Of a DNA stretch of 41,187 bases, positions 10,333-22,297 are shown in pieces. Positions within the stretch are counted from its first letter, which is position 1. Each line of letters begins with the position of its first letter. The position numbers and the translations under genes are program-made. The stretch comes from Seison nebaliae (Eukaryota), in contig JALJEE010001992.1 of assembly GCA_023231475.1 (NCBI GenBank), positions 1 through 41,187 on the forward strand, read 5' to 3'. Below the pieces are notes generated by a model. That model ran no database searches. It was given only the letters and a program-made list of their open reading frames with translations, and had not been told where the DNA came from.

Positions 10333-12735
10333 ATGGAGTTAATTAAGAAGCATGCACAAACCGTAGAAGTCGAATCATTGATTCATAAACAACCTAATTC
10401 TTCAGCCACGTTCGATATCAGTTCAACATCTTCCTCTTCATCGAAAGAGAAACATGAACCGACGAATTTTGAAAAACGAGATAAATGGGCAAGTTCATCA
10501 TTCTTACACTTCCTAATCTTCGAATTATAATCAAGGTAATAACGAGTTCTTACTATCGTCGTTCGGTTACGCCATCGGTATCGGTGTCTTGTGGAGATTT
10601 CCATATATTTGTATGAGAAATGGTGGCGGTGCATTTCTTATTCCTTATTTGATATTATTGTTGGTTGGTGGCATACCTTTATTCACATTAGAAATGTGTT
10701 TAGGACAATTTTCCGGAAAGAGTCCCGCTACTGTCTGGTGTTTCTGTCCAATAGCCATTGGTACTGGAATGACGATGGTTATATTATCTGCAATCTGCGT
10801 AGCATATTACAATGCAATAATGGCATACTCGTTATTCTTCCTTTATGAAACATTCAATAAGATTCTGCCTTGGTCCAATTGTAATCATATGTACAATACT
10901 TATGATTGCATCGATCGTATGGAATTGAAGAAATTGAAAACAAACATAATTGGTATGCTGGGAAATGAGTGTCAATATAATAATCAATTAGACAATTCAA
11001 ATGCATTAATTAATTTAAAGGAATATTGTTCTAATCCATCAAACATTTCCGCCGTCTTAAATCACAACACTTCCAATTACAATTTATTAATGAACAATTC
11101 AATTCGTGGAATTGGAAAAACAGCCAGTGACGAATTCTTCCAGTTATTTTCCAATTTCTCTTTTAAATTTTTTTTTATTAAATTATTAATAGTCAACGAA
11201 TTCTACAAATATCATCTGGTATATATGATTTTTCTGGGTTCTCATACGGTCTTCTTATTTGTTTATCAATCGCTTGGATAATCTGCATTTTGGCACTTAT
11301 TAAAGGTGTGAAAACATCGGGAAAAGTTCTAGATATTATACCGTTTCATTAAATGGAAGTTTGAATATTATTTATAGGTTGCTTGGATAACAGCCACTTC
11401 ACCTTTCATTTTCATTATGGTCTTAATGATACGCGGATTAACGTTAGAAGGATCATCTACTGGAGCAAGAAAATATTTAGTTCCAGAATGGAGTCATATT
11501 TTAAAACCATCTGTTCCATTCTCTTTCTTTAAATATCTCTTCATATTAATAATCAACAGGTATGGTTGGAAGCTGGAACGCAAATCTTTTTCACGTTAGG
11601 ACCCGGCTGGGGCGGTCTAATTACACTTTCCAGTTATAACGATTTCACTGTAAATATTATTCGGTTCTAACTAATATTTCTTCTTTCATTTTTTATTAAA
11701 ACAAAAAATTAACATCTTCTAAATTAGATATTCGATAATGATTCCCATCGTCATCACTTTAACAGCATTCTGTTGTGGTCTAGCCTTATTTTCAACACTT
11801 GGTCACATTTCATTCATGACTGGATTGCCCATTGAACAAGTTGCAACGAAAGGTTTTTTCATTCATCATCAAAATTTTCATTAATTTCTAATAATTTATT
11901 TATGATTCAAAGGTCCAGCATTGGCTTTTGTAGTCTTTCCCGAAGCGATAGCTACTTTACCATTTCCTCATATTTGGGCGGTCTTATTCTTCCTTACTGT
12001 CCTCACTTTAGGCATTGATTCACAAGTTATTTATATTTGTCAAATATAAGAACAATAATTAAAATATCTAGTTCGGCATGTTGGAAACGGTTCTATCTGC
12101 GATTTTCGATCGATGGCCAAAATTGCGCCGTCTAAAAGCTCTTGTTACTACACTGGTGGGTTGTGGATTCTTCTGCATAGCATTGCTCTTTGTTACAAAG
12201 GCTGGAATGTATTGGTATACTCTTATCGATTGGTATGTGGCTGCATTTATGGCGTTTATCATTTGTATAATTGAATGTGTCGCCGTTTGTTGGATATATG
12301 GTGCTGATCGATTTTTAGATGATATTGCATTAATGTTCAATGGGAAATTTAGATATCGATTCATATGGAAACTTTTATGGAAATTTATCATTCCTGTCAT
12401 TCTCTTCATTATTTTACTGGGCAATCTCATAGTGTCAACAGAACCATATTATGGTGATTTCCGTTATCCAAAATCCGCAATAATATTCGGATGGTTCGTT
12501 GGTTCTTCACCGGCTCTTGTTATTCTCATTCTCGGATATATCAAAGTGCGCCAATGTTCTGGTAAAACATTTAAACAAGTTTTGAACTTTAAATTCTTAT
12601 TCATCTCTTTTATATCATGTCCATTTAATAAAGAAACTTTATAATTCATTACGTCCAACGGCCGAATGGTTACCTAATAAAAATCGATTACGTCACTGGT
12701 ATCGTAACGAATATCCGATTAGAAACGTCGACTGA
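10333..12735 (+). CDS. SLC6/NSS transporter, amino-acid (glycine/proline-like) branch; 9 exons
   Basis: Motifs [61 protein letters not shown] and LGIDSQF. Introns at 10493-10535, 11143-11192, 11326-11377, 11513-11559, 11664-11727, 11853-11912, 12026-12071 and 12579-12633. Confidence 0.95.
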
Positions 12736-13187
12736 TCCTCTTTTTTTACTATTTATTTATTCTCAATTTTTTTATTAATTTTTCAATTACACTCTCGTTC
12801 AATTATTTAATTTTATTCATTCTGGAAATTGTGAGCAATGAAGATATATTGAGATCATTGATTATTTTTCCGAATGTGTACAGATCTTCGGTTTTCATCC
12901 CCGTTCAATGACATTCCAATGTATTCCACTCCAATTGAGTATAATTCATTATCATTCCAGTAAATTTAATCCATTCCAATTCTATTAAAAATCTTCCAAA
13001 AAATTCAAAAAATTTATTTTTTCAAACTTCTAATAAAATTTAATGTCATATTAATAATATGATTAATAGAATGAAATTCTTTCTAATTTTTTTGAAATAC
13101 ATAACATTTGTTTATGATTATGGAAGAAATAGATTTATAAATAAATATGAATAAATTAAGGTAATGGAAGAGCAAAGTAGAAAATAA

Positions 13188-15705
13188 TTAATTGTTCATA
13201 TAAACAGTTCTGGATGATGCGTACACTCCATAATGTTTACTACGTATTGAATTGAGAATTTTTTTATAACTTTCACTTGTCTCATTTCTCTTCAATTCTA
13301 ATCGATAATTGTGTAATACTTCTATTGGCATTAATTCCAATAACGCAATATCTTCTTTGTCTGTTAAATGAGAGAATTTTCAATGAGAAAGAAGAAGAAA
13401 AAGAAATAACTTTTGCTAATTAATTTTGTGTATTTTGGTCGTTTTTGTTCGGAGAATCGATTCCTTCTAAATCTAAAAAAGAAAATTTAGAGTTTCTATT
13501 CACTTATTCAAATCAAAACTTTCCATAATATTTATGCCAAATCCGTATCGCATTTAATGCGGTTATGGGATAAATTGTACATTTTTGAGGTGAATAATTC
13601 CTATTAGTGAAAACGGAGACATATTTGAGAATATACCAATTTAACGAAATGGTATTATTCATCAAATTCTGTTCGGTACGACTCTGTTCATTATTGGCAA
13701 GGAAGTTACCAAAAACAGATGTATATTGATGTTCAGCGAGAAATAATAAAAGATTCTCATTAAACTCAAACAAGTTTGGAAACTGGAAAAAAAAATTTTT
13801 TTTATATTTCTTCAGAGTTGTAAAAAATCAAGACTTGTATTATTAATTGATAGAGTGAATCGAGGAATTGTTGGAAAACTGGAGAACGTTCATCGCTTCC
13901 CGTTCTTGTTAAATTAATATGATTTTTTTGTTCGTTAATTGAATGAGTGATATTGGATAATTCACCTTGAAATTGTCCACATCTATCAACAAATTTATAT
14001 CCAACTGTACACCATTCTTTTTCAATGAGACACTAGAAGAGAAAATATTAGAATCTGACATTAATTTGAAGTTAAGTGAGGAACTAGAAAACCAGTAATT
14101 GTTCGATAATACTCGTCCAACATCAATATCGATAATGCGGACAATTGACCTGTCCTGTCCCATCCATCTGAACAATGAACTAATATGGAGAATTTGAGGA
14201 TTTTCAACGAATAAACTATCTCGTTCGCTCCATCCAAAATGCCTTGAATATGTTTCAACCATTCATCTTGTCCATCTAATAACATTAATTAAAAGTGACT
14301 CTCAACACAAAAGGGAACTTAAAAAAATGTTGTTTATTTGTTGGGATAGAGTAATTTTTTTGTGATCACTCATAATTCCTTCGTTTGCTTTCCACAACAA
14401 ATTATATTGATTTGTCAATGATTCTTTTAAATTATTCTTCGATTTCCTCATTTCATGAATATTTTCTATCTTTCCAAATTTCACAAACGAATTCTTATAC
14501 TCCTTTTCATTTTCTACGCCTCCTTCTCTCCCTTTATTTGCCAAAGCTGCTATTCTACTACGTGCATCAACTACCAACAATCTCTTAGCTATTCGCATGA
14601 AATAATTTTGATCTTCTACATTCGCTTTATTCAATCCAATCATTGGTTGTGATGAACGGAATATACACAAACTTATTTCATTATTTCTTTCCTTCTCAAA
14701 CGAAACAGTTCCTTCCGAATCCGTATCGTCATCAGTTAGATCATCTCGATCGAATGTTGTGTCGTTAATTTCTGTTATATCATCCAAATCTTCACTAACT
14801 GCCATTGGCACGTTACTAGTGAAATCGGTGGTGAGATTATAGAAACGAATAGATGGACTCTCCAAAATATACGAAACGATAGGCATACGTCTTTTACTTC
14901 GAAATTTCAAAATTTCGTTTAGTCGACCAACATTCTCCAACAGATTCTTCTCCACAATGAAATGTGCTGGATATGTTGGTGATAATTCATAAGATTTTTG
15001 TGTCAACAATTTCAGTCTTCCAGTTCGCTGTTTCGACAATAATCTTCTATTCTCTTTTTCACCATCATAAAGTGACCATCCATAATTATCAGTGGAATGT
15101 TGCGCATTAACTTGAATGGTGGAATGGAAATAGTTCGATAAAATGTTTCGAAATTTCCCAGCAAATTCATGAAGTCCATTTGGAAACGATTTGAGATATG
15201 AATCATCAATTAATAATTTCTCTTTCAATTTGATGGAATAATCGTTTAAGCAGAATGCAAAATATACAATCAATTTGACGAATTGTTTCGAGAGATTTCT
15301 TTCCAATTCAAAAGTGAACTCTCGTAAATCTTTCAATTGTATCCGAATATATCGTAATTCATTCGTATTATTTGTTTCATTATTCTTTCCTCCTAAAAAA
15401 CTCAATTTACCATTTCGAAAAGTCTTCTGGTTTCTACTCTCTCGACTCAAGAAATCGAAAGCGTTGTTCGTCGATTTCGGATTTGTCTTCTCAATATGAG
15501 AAATGAGACCTAATGGAATACTCTCATAATAATTGAAGGAACTAATTAATCGTAATCGATAATTGGTTATTTCAATCGATATATATTTAACAAATTCATT
15601 CATTTGATTCGAGACGTTCACTGACGGAATCTCACAGAGAATTTCTTCTCCGAAAATATTCGTGGCTTGATGATCATCACGAAACGGATCGATTTCCAAT
15701 TCCAT
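13188..15705 (-). CDS. Myotubularin-family phosphoinositide 3-phosphatase with intact catalytic motif; 6 exons
   Basis: PH-GRAM-like N-terminus, then [66 protein letters not shown] and FGNFLANNE. Five introns restore the frame. Confidence 0.93.
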
Positions 15706-16798
15706 TCACGGTTGTACAATGTTAAATTAAACTATATCGGATTCTTATCAATTCAATAGGTGTAATTCATTAAATGTTTCTGTTTGCATAGAGAACACAT
15801 ATACAAAAGGACAGGAAAATATGTGGATTGTTGAGATACATAAAAGAATGTAACTGGCATTTAATCTTATATGTGATCAGCTGACCTAATCATTTTACCC
15901 ATCAAATAATTTAATTTCTGAACAATTCATTTATTAATCATAGTCCCGTTATCTCCACTTTTTTATCACGACAATCTCATTCTAAAAGGAAAGCTGAATA
16001 TAATAAACTATTTAATATATTCCCTTTTTTCTATTCATCTATCAATTATATTAATGTATCTCCTTAGTAGAAGTTTTAAACATTTGCAACGTTCACAGTC
16101 AACATATAGTTAATTGTCATTTACTATTACAACTACTATTTCACATATACGTTGTTGTTAAATAAAATGATAATATTTTTTTCAAGGCTATTATCCTCTT
16201 TCATTCTTCTATTTATAGTTTCAAATTAGTAAAACTCATTCATCGGTAATTTTTATTGTGATTGAGAATTTTCTTCAACCAAAAATGTTCATGTTACAAA
16301 AACCGACATGATGCCTCTCAATGAATGTTATGGAATGAATAAAAAGTGAATCGGAACAGTTTCTGACATAAGAGTGTTCTGGTTGGTGGGTTGAATTGTC
16401 ATTATTCTTCCAAATCATCCTCGATAAATATTCGGAATTTTCCCACATTAAATAATCATTGAAAAATATAATAAAAATATTCGAATTTATTAACTCATAA
16501 TTATATCGTCAGATACTATAATGGTACTAAATCATCTATTATTAGCATTAATTACCACGTTCTAAAAATTTCATGTGTTGATGAATATAAAAATTATTAT
16601 AGATATGTGACATTATAGCAATCAACATATTTAAATTGACAATATTTTATACTGATTAGTTTGAAGTAGTGATGTCAGATTATGTGTGTAAATTGAGGAA
16701 TTGAAAGGAAAGATTAATTGTTAATAGACATCGAAAGTTTAGCTTTCTTTCATCTTCATATTTTTATTTGGATCAAAACTTAACCGAATGCATTGAAA

Positions 16799-17829
16799 AT
16801 GATCCATTATCCAATTGAGAGTCTCCTTCATAAAAGTTCGTCATTTATTAACGAGTTATTCATTCGAACTGATTCTCAGATAGACATGGTAAGTCAATAC
16901 TATTGTTGCTACGTCAAAGGAAGGAGAGAAAGCATTTGAAATATCTATTACAAAAAATATGGAATAATTTCGATTATCGAATGTGTGCAGATGGAGCTGC
17001 AAACAAATTAAGAAAAATTAATCTTCTTTCTCCAACTCATCCGCCGATGATTCCTGATTTGATAACTGGAGATTTAGATTCAATAAACAAAGAAACAATT
17101 CAATATTTCGAAAAGAATGTTCGTAAAATTTTCACTTTTATTCAAACTGGTGTTTTGTAGGAGAATCTTTATCAATTGAGTGATCAGAATCTCACCGATT
17201 TTCGTAAATGTATCAACATTATTCTCACTTCATTAACGAAAAACTATTCGACTTATATGACGAATGATGATGAACAAATAATTAGTATCAGTAAAAAGGT
17301 AAGTGAGAGAATAACCTTAAAATCAGAAGAAAATAATAATTTTATTTGGATCTCTGTCGATATTGATAATCATCGTATTGATCAATTATTCGGTCTCTTC
17401 CATGATTTCTATGCGATCGGACGTCAAATTGATGAAATGAAAGAAAAAGGAATTATTCTACCTAATTCTCATATTAACATTTACCTCATCTCCTATCCAT
17501 CCATCATACTCTTCCTCACGAAGAATGAAAATCATGAAATTTTTTTAGAACGGAAATTAATTCAAAATCATTGTGGATTGACACCGATGAAAGGTGAAGC
17601 GACTGTCACTACAAAAGGATTCAAATGGAATTGTTCAAATACGAAATTGGAATATGGAGGCGCTCTCATCAGCGTTTCTAATCAATTTGATGAGACTTTC
17701 ACAAATCAAGAAAAGACAATACAGAAATTGGAAGTTCGATCTGATAACGATCTGCTTCTATTTTTTACATTTAACTTCGATGATATTCTGGACACGAACA
17801 ATGAGGACATTGATTCTATTGATGACTAA
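16799..17829 (+). CDS. TPK1: Thiamine pyrophosphokinase; 3 exons (introns 16836-16879, 17119-17160)
   Basis: MIHYPIESLL..ILLLRQ..CADGAANKL..PDLITGDLDSI..DQNLTDFRKC..RIDQ..CGLTP..VTTKGFKWN..LEYGGALISVSN. Confidence 0.93.
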
Positions 17830-18081
17830 CGAATAGATAAATAGACAAACCAGAAAGTTTATTGAGAATCAATTTTGAAAAAGCAGAGAAATGTGAAAAA
17901 AATATTTTTCGATTTTTTTTCACTGTCATTTATCATTCCAAATAATTTTCTTTTCCAAACGATGAGCTTCTACTCATATAATATCGATTTATTTATTTCT
18001 TTTAACGTGAATAAAACTTCCTAAAAGGCAAACTTCTTGAAACTAAATAAAATCTGATAAGAATAATTTCTAATTTATCAA

Positions 18082-18789
18082 ATGTCAAATTTAGTGAAAA
18101 TGAATGAAGAAACAGAAATGATTAATCAATTTCTTTATAGTACATCCAATTCAATGAAACGAATAAAAATCCATCGACAACTTCGACAATTGGAAAAAAG
18201 TTTTAAGAGATTATTTTGTGAGAATGATCGAGAAGTTCTGTACGTGATCTGTTATAAAAGATGTATAAGAGTTCTCAATGAACTTCGGAGACATTTGGCT
18301 ATTGGACAATTCACACATGTTTATTATTTCTTTTATGCTTCTGTTTGTCGACAATATGAATTGATTTCCAATGAAATGTTTGATAGATTCGGACGGATCT
18401 ATAAAATGACTCATCGATCACATAATATGTTTGACGCCATTAATCTCAATAAATTATCAATAACAATTCCTCAAATTTCAAAATGTGTTGAAAAAAATCC
18501 TCCGAAATCAAATTCCGTCGTGAACGATTGTGAAATGGAAGAGAAGAGAAGTAGAATAAGAGAATTGATTGATGAGAATGAAACATTACAAAGAGAGTTT
18601 CATTTGGAAAAAAGAGATAAAAAATTTCTGATGAAATTGGAAAAGAATCTCTTCGAATTAATGAAGGAGAAACATGAAAGTTTATCAGAAGAATTGGGAA
18701 GTTTGAAAAGTGATTGGAAGAATCTGATTTTAATTGATGGGATTAGTGCGCTCCAAAGACGGAGATTAGAAATGTTATTGAAACGATAA
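18082..18789 (+). CDS. Hypothetical 235-aa protein; weak USP8-dimerisation/MIT-like N-half and C-terminal coiled coil
   Basis: Intronless ATG-started ORF followed by AATAAA at 18803. ENDREVLYVICYKR..LNELRRH resembles the MIT-like helices of USP8/STAMBP. The tail is E/K/L heptad-rich. Confidence 0.6.
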   Translation: MSNLVKMNEETEMINQFLYSTSNSMKRIKIHRQLRQLEKSFKRLFCENDREVLYVICYKRCIRVLNELRRHLAIGQFTHVYYFFYASVCRQYELISNEMFDRFGRIYKMTHRSHNMFDAINLNKLSITIPQISKCVEKNPPKSNSVVNDCEMEEKRSRIRELIDENETLQREFHLEKRDKKFLMKLEKNLFELMKEKHESLSEELGSLKSDWKNLILIDGISALQRRRLEMLLKR

Positions 18790-18929
18790 GTAAGATTCTC
18801 CTAATAAAACTAAAGAAACACTGTCATCCATTTCACAATTTATTTTCTCTTTCAAAACTCTTTAATTAAAACGAACACTTTTCCCCTTTGATTTTCTTTC
18901 TCCCAGATATTACAATTTCAATTGATTGA

Positions 18930-20665
18930 ATGAATTCATTTCATCCATATAAAGATTTTTTAAAAAATGCCAATATTTATACAGCAGACTCCACTGCTTT
19001 CACCAAACAATTATCTCACAATCAATTTTCACTTTCTGCTTTACCACCCAAATATCGCAAACGATATCAAGTGAACAGTAATCCGACAAAACGATTACAA
19101 CGTACATCTAACAAAAAAAGAACGTTAATTAATACGAATAATGATTTTCGATTTGAATCCAAACGATCAGTTAAAGACAGTCGGAATTTCATTCCCAGTC
19201 TCTTCCCCATCCCCAAAAAATCGGACGTTCAAGAAAAGACGATTTATAAAAAGAAATATGGAAAAGAAGATGATCCAATAATACTCTCGTCTTCACCATC
19301 ATCATCAAGATCACCTTCACCACTACCACATTCAAAACCATCATATATTGGTAAACCATTCTTATCATCAACAACCACAAAATCATTTGCCACAGCAACA
19401 GAAAAAAAACCGAAATTTTTATTCATAGATAATAAAAAATTTCATATTGATCAATCAAAACTCCAACCCGTCAAACACAGTCAAACGGATGTTCTTATTA
19501 AGCAGTTGGAGAAAGTTCAATTGGACATCCATAAATCGGTGGATAAATTTACAAGTTTACAACAGAAACAACAAGAAACACGTCAAAGAATTATTAATGA
19601 AAAAAAAGATGAAGAAAGAAAACGAAAAATTCGTTTAATTGACAACGCTCCCAAAATATTGGAGAATAAGAATGATTTCTTAAGTTTCAATTATTCAATT
19701 GTTTTTAGCCTTAATGTTTGTTTTTTTTTGCGCGTTAATTCTTATTGTGGTGTCGTGTGTGATTTGCCGTTCGTTAGTTTTATCTGACGAATTTTGGAAG
19801 GAAAGTAAACAAATCGTAAATGGAGTTATTATTCCACCCAAATTCCAAGTTGACGATAATGAAATTTTGTCGAAAGATCTACGAACGCTGAAGAATGGCG
19901 AATGGTTAAATGATGAAGTTCGTTTTCGATTTCTTTTAATCATTTCTACTGACAACTTCTTAAAAGATTATTAATTCTTATTTAACTTTGATCTGTAATC
20001 GAAGTAAAAAGAAAAGTAATTTACCATCATGTTATCACTTCAATACATTCTTTTATACAAATTTACGAGATAAAGGATACAATTCAGTAAGGAGATGGAC
20101 AAGGAGAATAAATGTTTTCAAATTTGACATAATTATCGTTCCATTACATCTCCATGTTCACTGGGTATTAGCAGTTAGTAATCAAATATTGTTACCGTTC
20201 AAAAAATATCATAATTATTCATCATTTACAGATTATCGACAACAGAATAAAGACGATTAAAATTTATGATTCATTCTCTGGTGATAATACAAAAGCTGGA
20301 CAATTATTATTCCAATATCTAATTTCCGAAATGAAAGATAAACTGAAAACGGATTTGAATAAAGATGAATGGAAAGTTCATATTTATCCAAAAGTTAATT
20401 TTCTTCAACAACAAACTATTAACTTCTCTTAATGTTCATTGAAATATTGCAGGATGTACCGCAACAATCGAACAGTTACGATTGTGGTGTTTTTCTTTGT
20501 AAGAATGCCGACTTTCTAGCAAGAGATGCCAAATTAATTTTTAACCAAGTTTATAAATTTTTATTTAAAAAAAAAGTTAAGTGCCATGACTCTTCTTAGG
20601 ATCATATTCCTTATTTTAGGACAAGAATGTGTCACGAAATAATGAAAAAACAACTTTTATCTTAA
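18930..20665 (+). CDS. SUMO protease, SENP1/2-Ulp1 type (peptidase C48); 6 exons
   Basis: Disordered N-terminus, then DLRTLKNGEWLNDE|IINSY, FNTFFY, VRRWTR, PLHLHVHW, YDSL and PQQSNSYDCGVF. The H-D-C triad and oxyanion Q are intact. Confidence 0.93.
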
Positions 20666-20778
20666 TCTTTCCCATTATTATTTTCCTATTTATTTAATCT
20701 CAACATGTATAAACAGTTTTTCCGAATAAAAAATACACAATGATATTTGTACACTTCAATTTTGTTTCTCTCGATTTC

Positions 20779-20880
20779 ATTGGTTTAAATAAATGTTGGA
20801 GAGCAATATACTCTTTGGTGATTTGACAGTTAACCAATCAATTTCTTAGAAACAAAATGACTGGGTCTATCGGTATATAA
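20779..20880 (+). promoter_or_regulatory. H2B promoter: CCAAT boxes and TATA box
   Basis: ATTGG at 20779-20783, CCAAT at 20834-20838 and TATATAA at 20874-20880, all upstream of ATG 20963. Confidence 0.55.
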
Positions 20881-20962
20881 GCATTAGGTTCAAAATGGAA
20901 TTTTTACACTTTTCCCTTCTCAATTATTTTTCCACAACAATTTCGATTCGCAATAAAAGAAA

Positions 20963-21328
20963 ATGGGTCCGAAAGTTCCAAGCAAAGGCGCGAAGAAAGC
21001 AATCAAGTCCACTATGTCAATTGGGGACAAGAAACGACATAAGAAAAGGAAGCAGACGTATTCTATTTATATCTACAAAGTATTGAAACAAGTACATCCA
21101 GATATCGGAGTCTCATCTAAAGCAATGAGCATCATGAATTCATTTGTCAACGATATTTTCGAACGAATCGCTCAAGAATCGTCCCGTCTATCTCATTACA
21201 ATAAAAGAGCAACAATATCATCGAGAGAAATTCAAACAGCAGTTCGATTGTTATTACCTGGAGAATTAGCGAAGCATGCAGTTTCGGAAGGTACAAAAGC
21301 AGTAACAAAATACAGCAGTACCAAGTAA
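20963..21328 (+). CDS. H2B: Histone H2B (solo copy, intronless)
   Basis: [65 protein letters not shown]. Confidence 0.99.
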   Translation: MGPKVPSKGAKKAIKSTMSIGDKKRHKKRKQTYSIYIYKVLKQVHPDIGVSSKAMSIMNSFVNDIFERIAQESSRLSHYNKRATISSREIQTAVRLLLPGELAKHAVSEGTKAVTKYSSTK

Positions 21329-21525
21329 TTCTCGGGATTTTTGGAATGAAAAAAATTGTAAATAATATTTTTCTCGTGTGTGTTTTTTCTGACAAACGAT
21401 TTATTATATCTCGAATAAATTTTTCTTGTAGTTTTATTTTCATGTTTCTACGAGTAAGCTTTTTAAGTTTATTTTTTTAAATTAAAGTTTATTTTTAATT
21501 TGAAATATTATTTTCCTAATAACAT

Positions 21526-21924
21526 CTACCCCAAAATTCCTCCGACGAGTTTCATTAATTTACATGCAAAGTCACATTCTTTCGGCTTCTGAGTAGGTCT
21601 ACTAGGTCTTCTTGTTGGTCTCGTAGGCCTTCGTCTGCGTATTGTTGGTTTTCTAGTGGGTTTGGGTTTAGGTCGTTCATTTTTGCGTTTCATTGCTAAT
21701 ACTTTATCTAACGGGGTAATTTGAACTGAGAAAAAAGTTAAAAAAATATAACTCATAGTTTTTATCATTTGTTTGTATGTGTCATCGACGTTTCGAACTT
21801 GTAATTCATGTTTAGATTGTGAACCAATTAGGGTACGAACAAGCTGATTTAGATCATCATCGTCGACATCGAGGTTGATGGAGAATGATAAATTCACCAA
21901 AAGAAGAACAAGAAATAATTTCAT
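21526..21924 (-). CDS. Secreted prepropeptide with Arg/Pro-rich cationic C-terminal region
   Basis: Signal peptide MKLFLVLLLVNLSFS, acidic DVDDDDL segment, KR site, RPKPKPTRKPTIRRRRPTRPTRRPSRPT, and ending CDFACKLMKLVGGILG*. Confidence 0.7.
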   Translation of the reverse strand: MKLFLVLLLVNLSFSINLDVDDDDLNQLVRTLIGSQSKHELQVRNVDDTYKQMIKTMSYIFLTFFSVQITPLDKVLAMKRKNERPKPKPTRKPTIRRRRPTRPTRRPSRPTQKPKECDFACKLMKLVGGILG

Positions 21925-22297
21925 ATTTCGTTTATTTTGTGAAGGCGACATAAACTGAGAAGTAAATACCGTTTATGTCGATGTGAAATTTTCAATGAGC
22001 CATGTACATTCCATTATGGAATAAATAATCGTTCTTGGTTGACATAGTAGATATTTTCACATTTCTACACTCACGAGTTTACATTCTGTTCACTTACGAT
22101 TTCTGCTATTATTTGACGTACACAAATTGTTCTATTGTTTTAAAACAGGAATAAGTGATAAGACTTTAATGAGAGTTCATTCAATTATAATATAGAAAAT
22201 TTTTATAATTTCTTTTAATGAATAATAATGATAATGAAGAATATCTGACATTAATAAAAATTAGGAAAAAGATGGAATTGTTCATTGGAGGCTGGGT

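Noticed and set aside
13905..13970. Apparent GTG..AAG intron in myotubularin
   Set aside because: The frame reads through ([16 protein letters not shown]), and splicing there would shift the frame.
15796..15820. CACATATAC..AAAA resemblance to the U6 5' region
   Set aside because: No ACAGAGA box or downstream U6 sequence. No snRNA gene was recognised in the window.
18774..18930. Splice fusion of the 18082 ORF to SENP
   Set aside because: TGA at 18927-18929 is in frame directly before the SENP ATG, and the upstream ORF has its own AATAAA.
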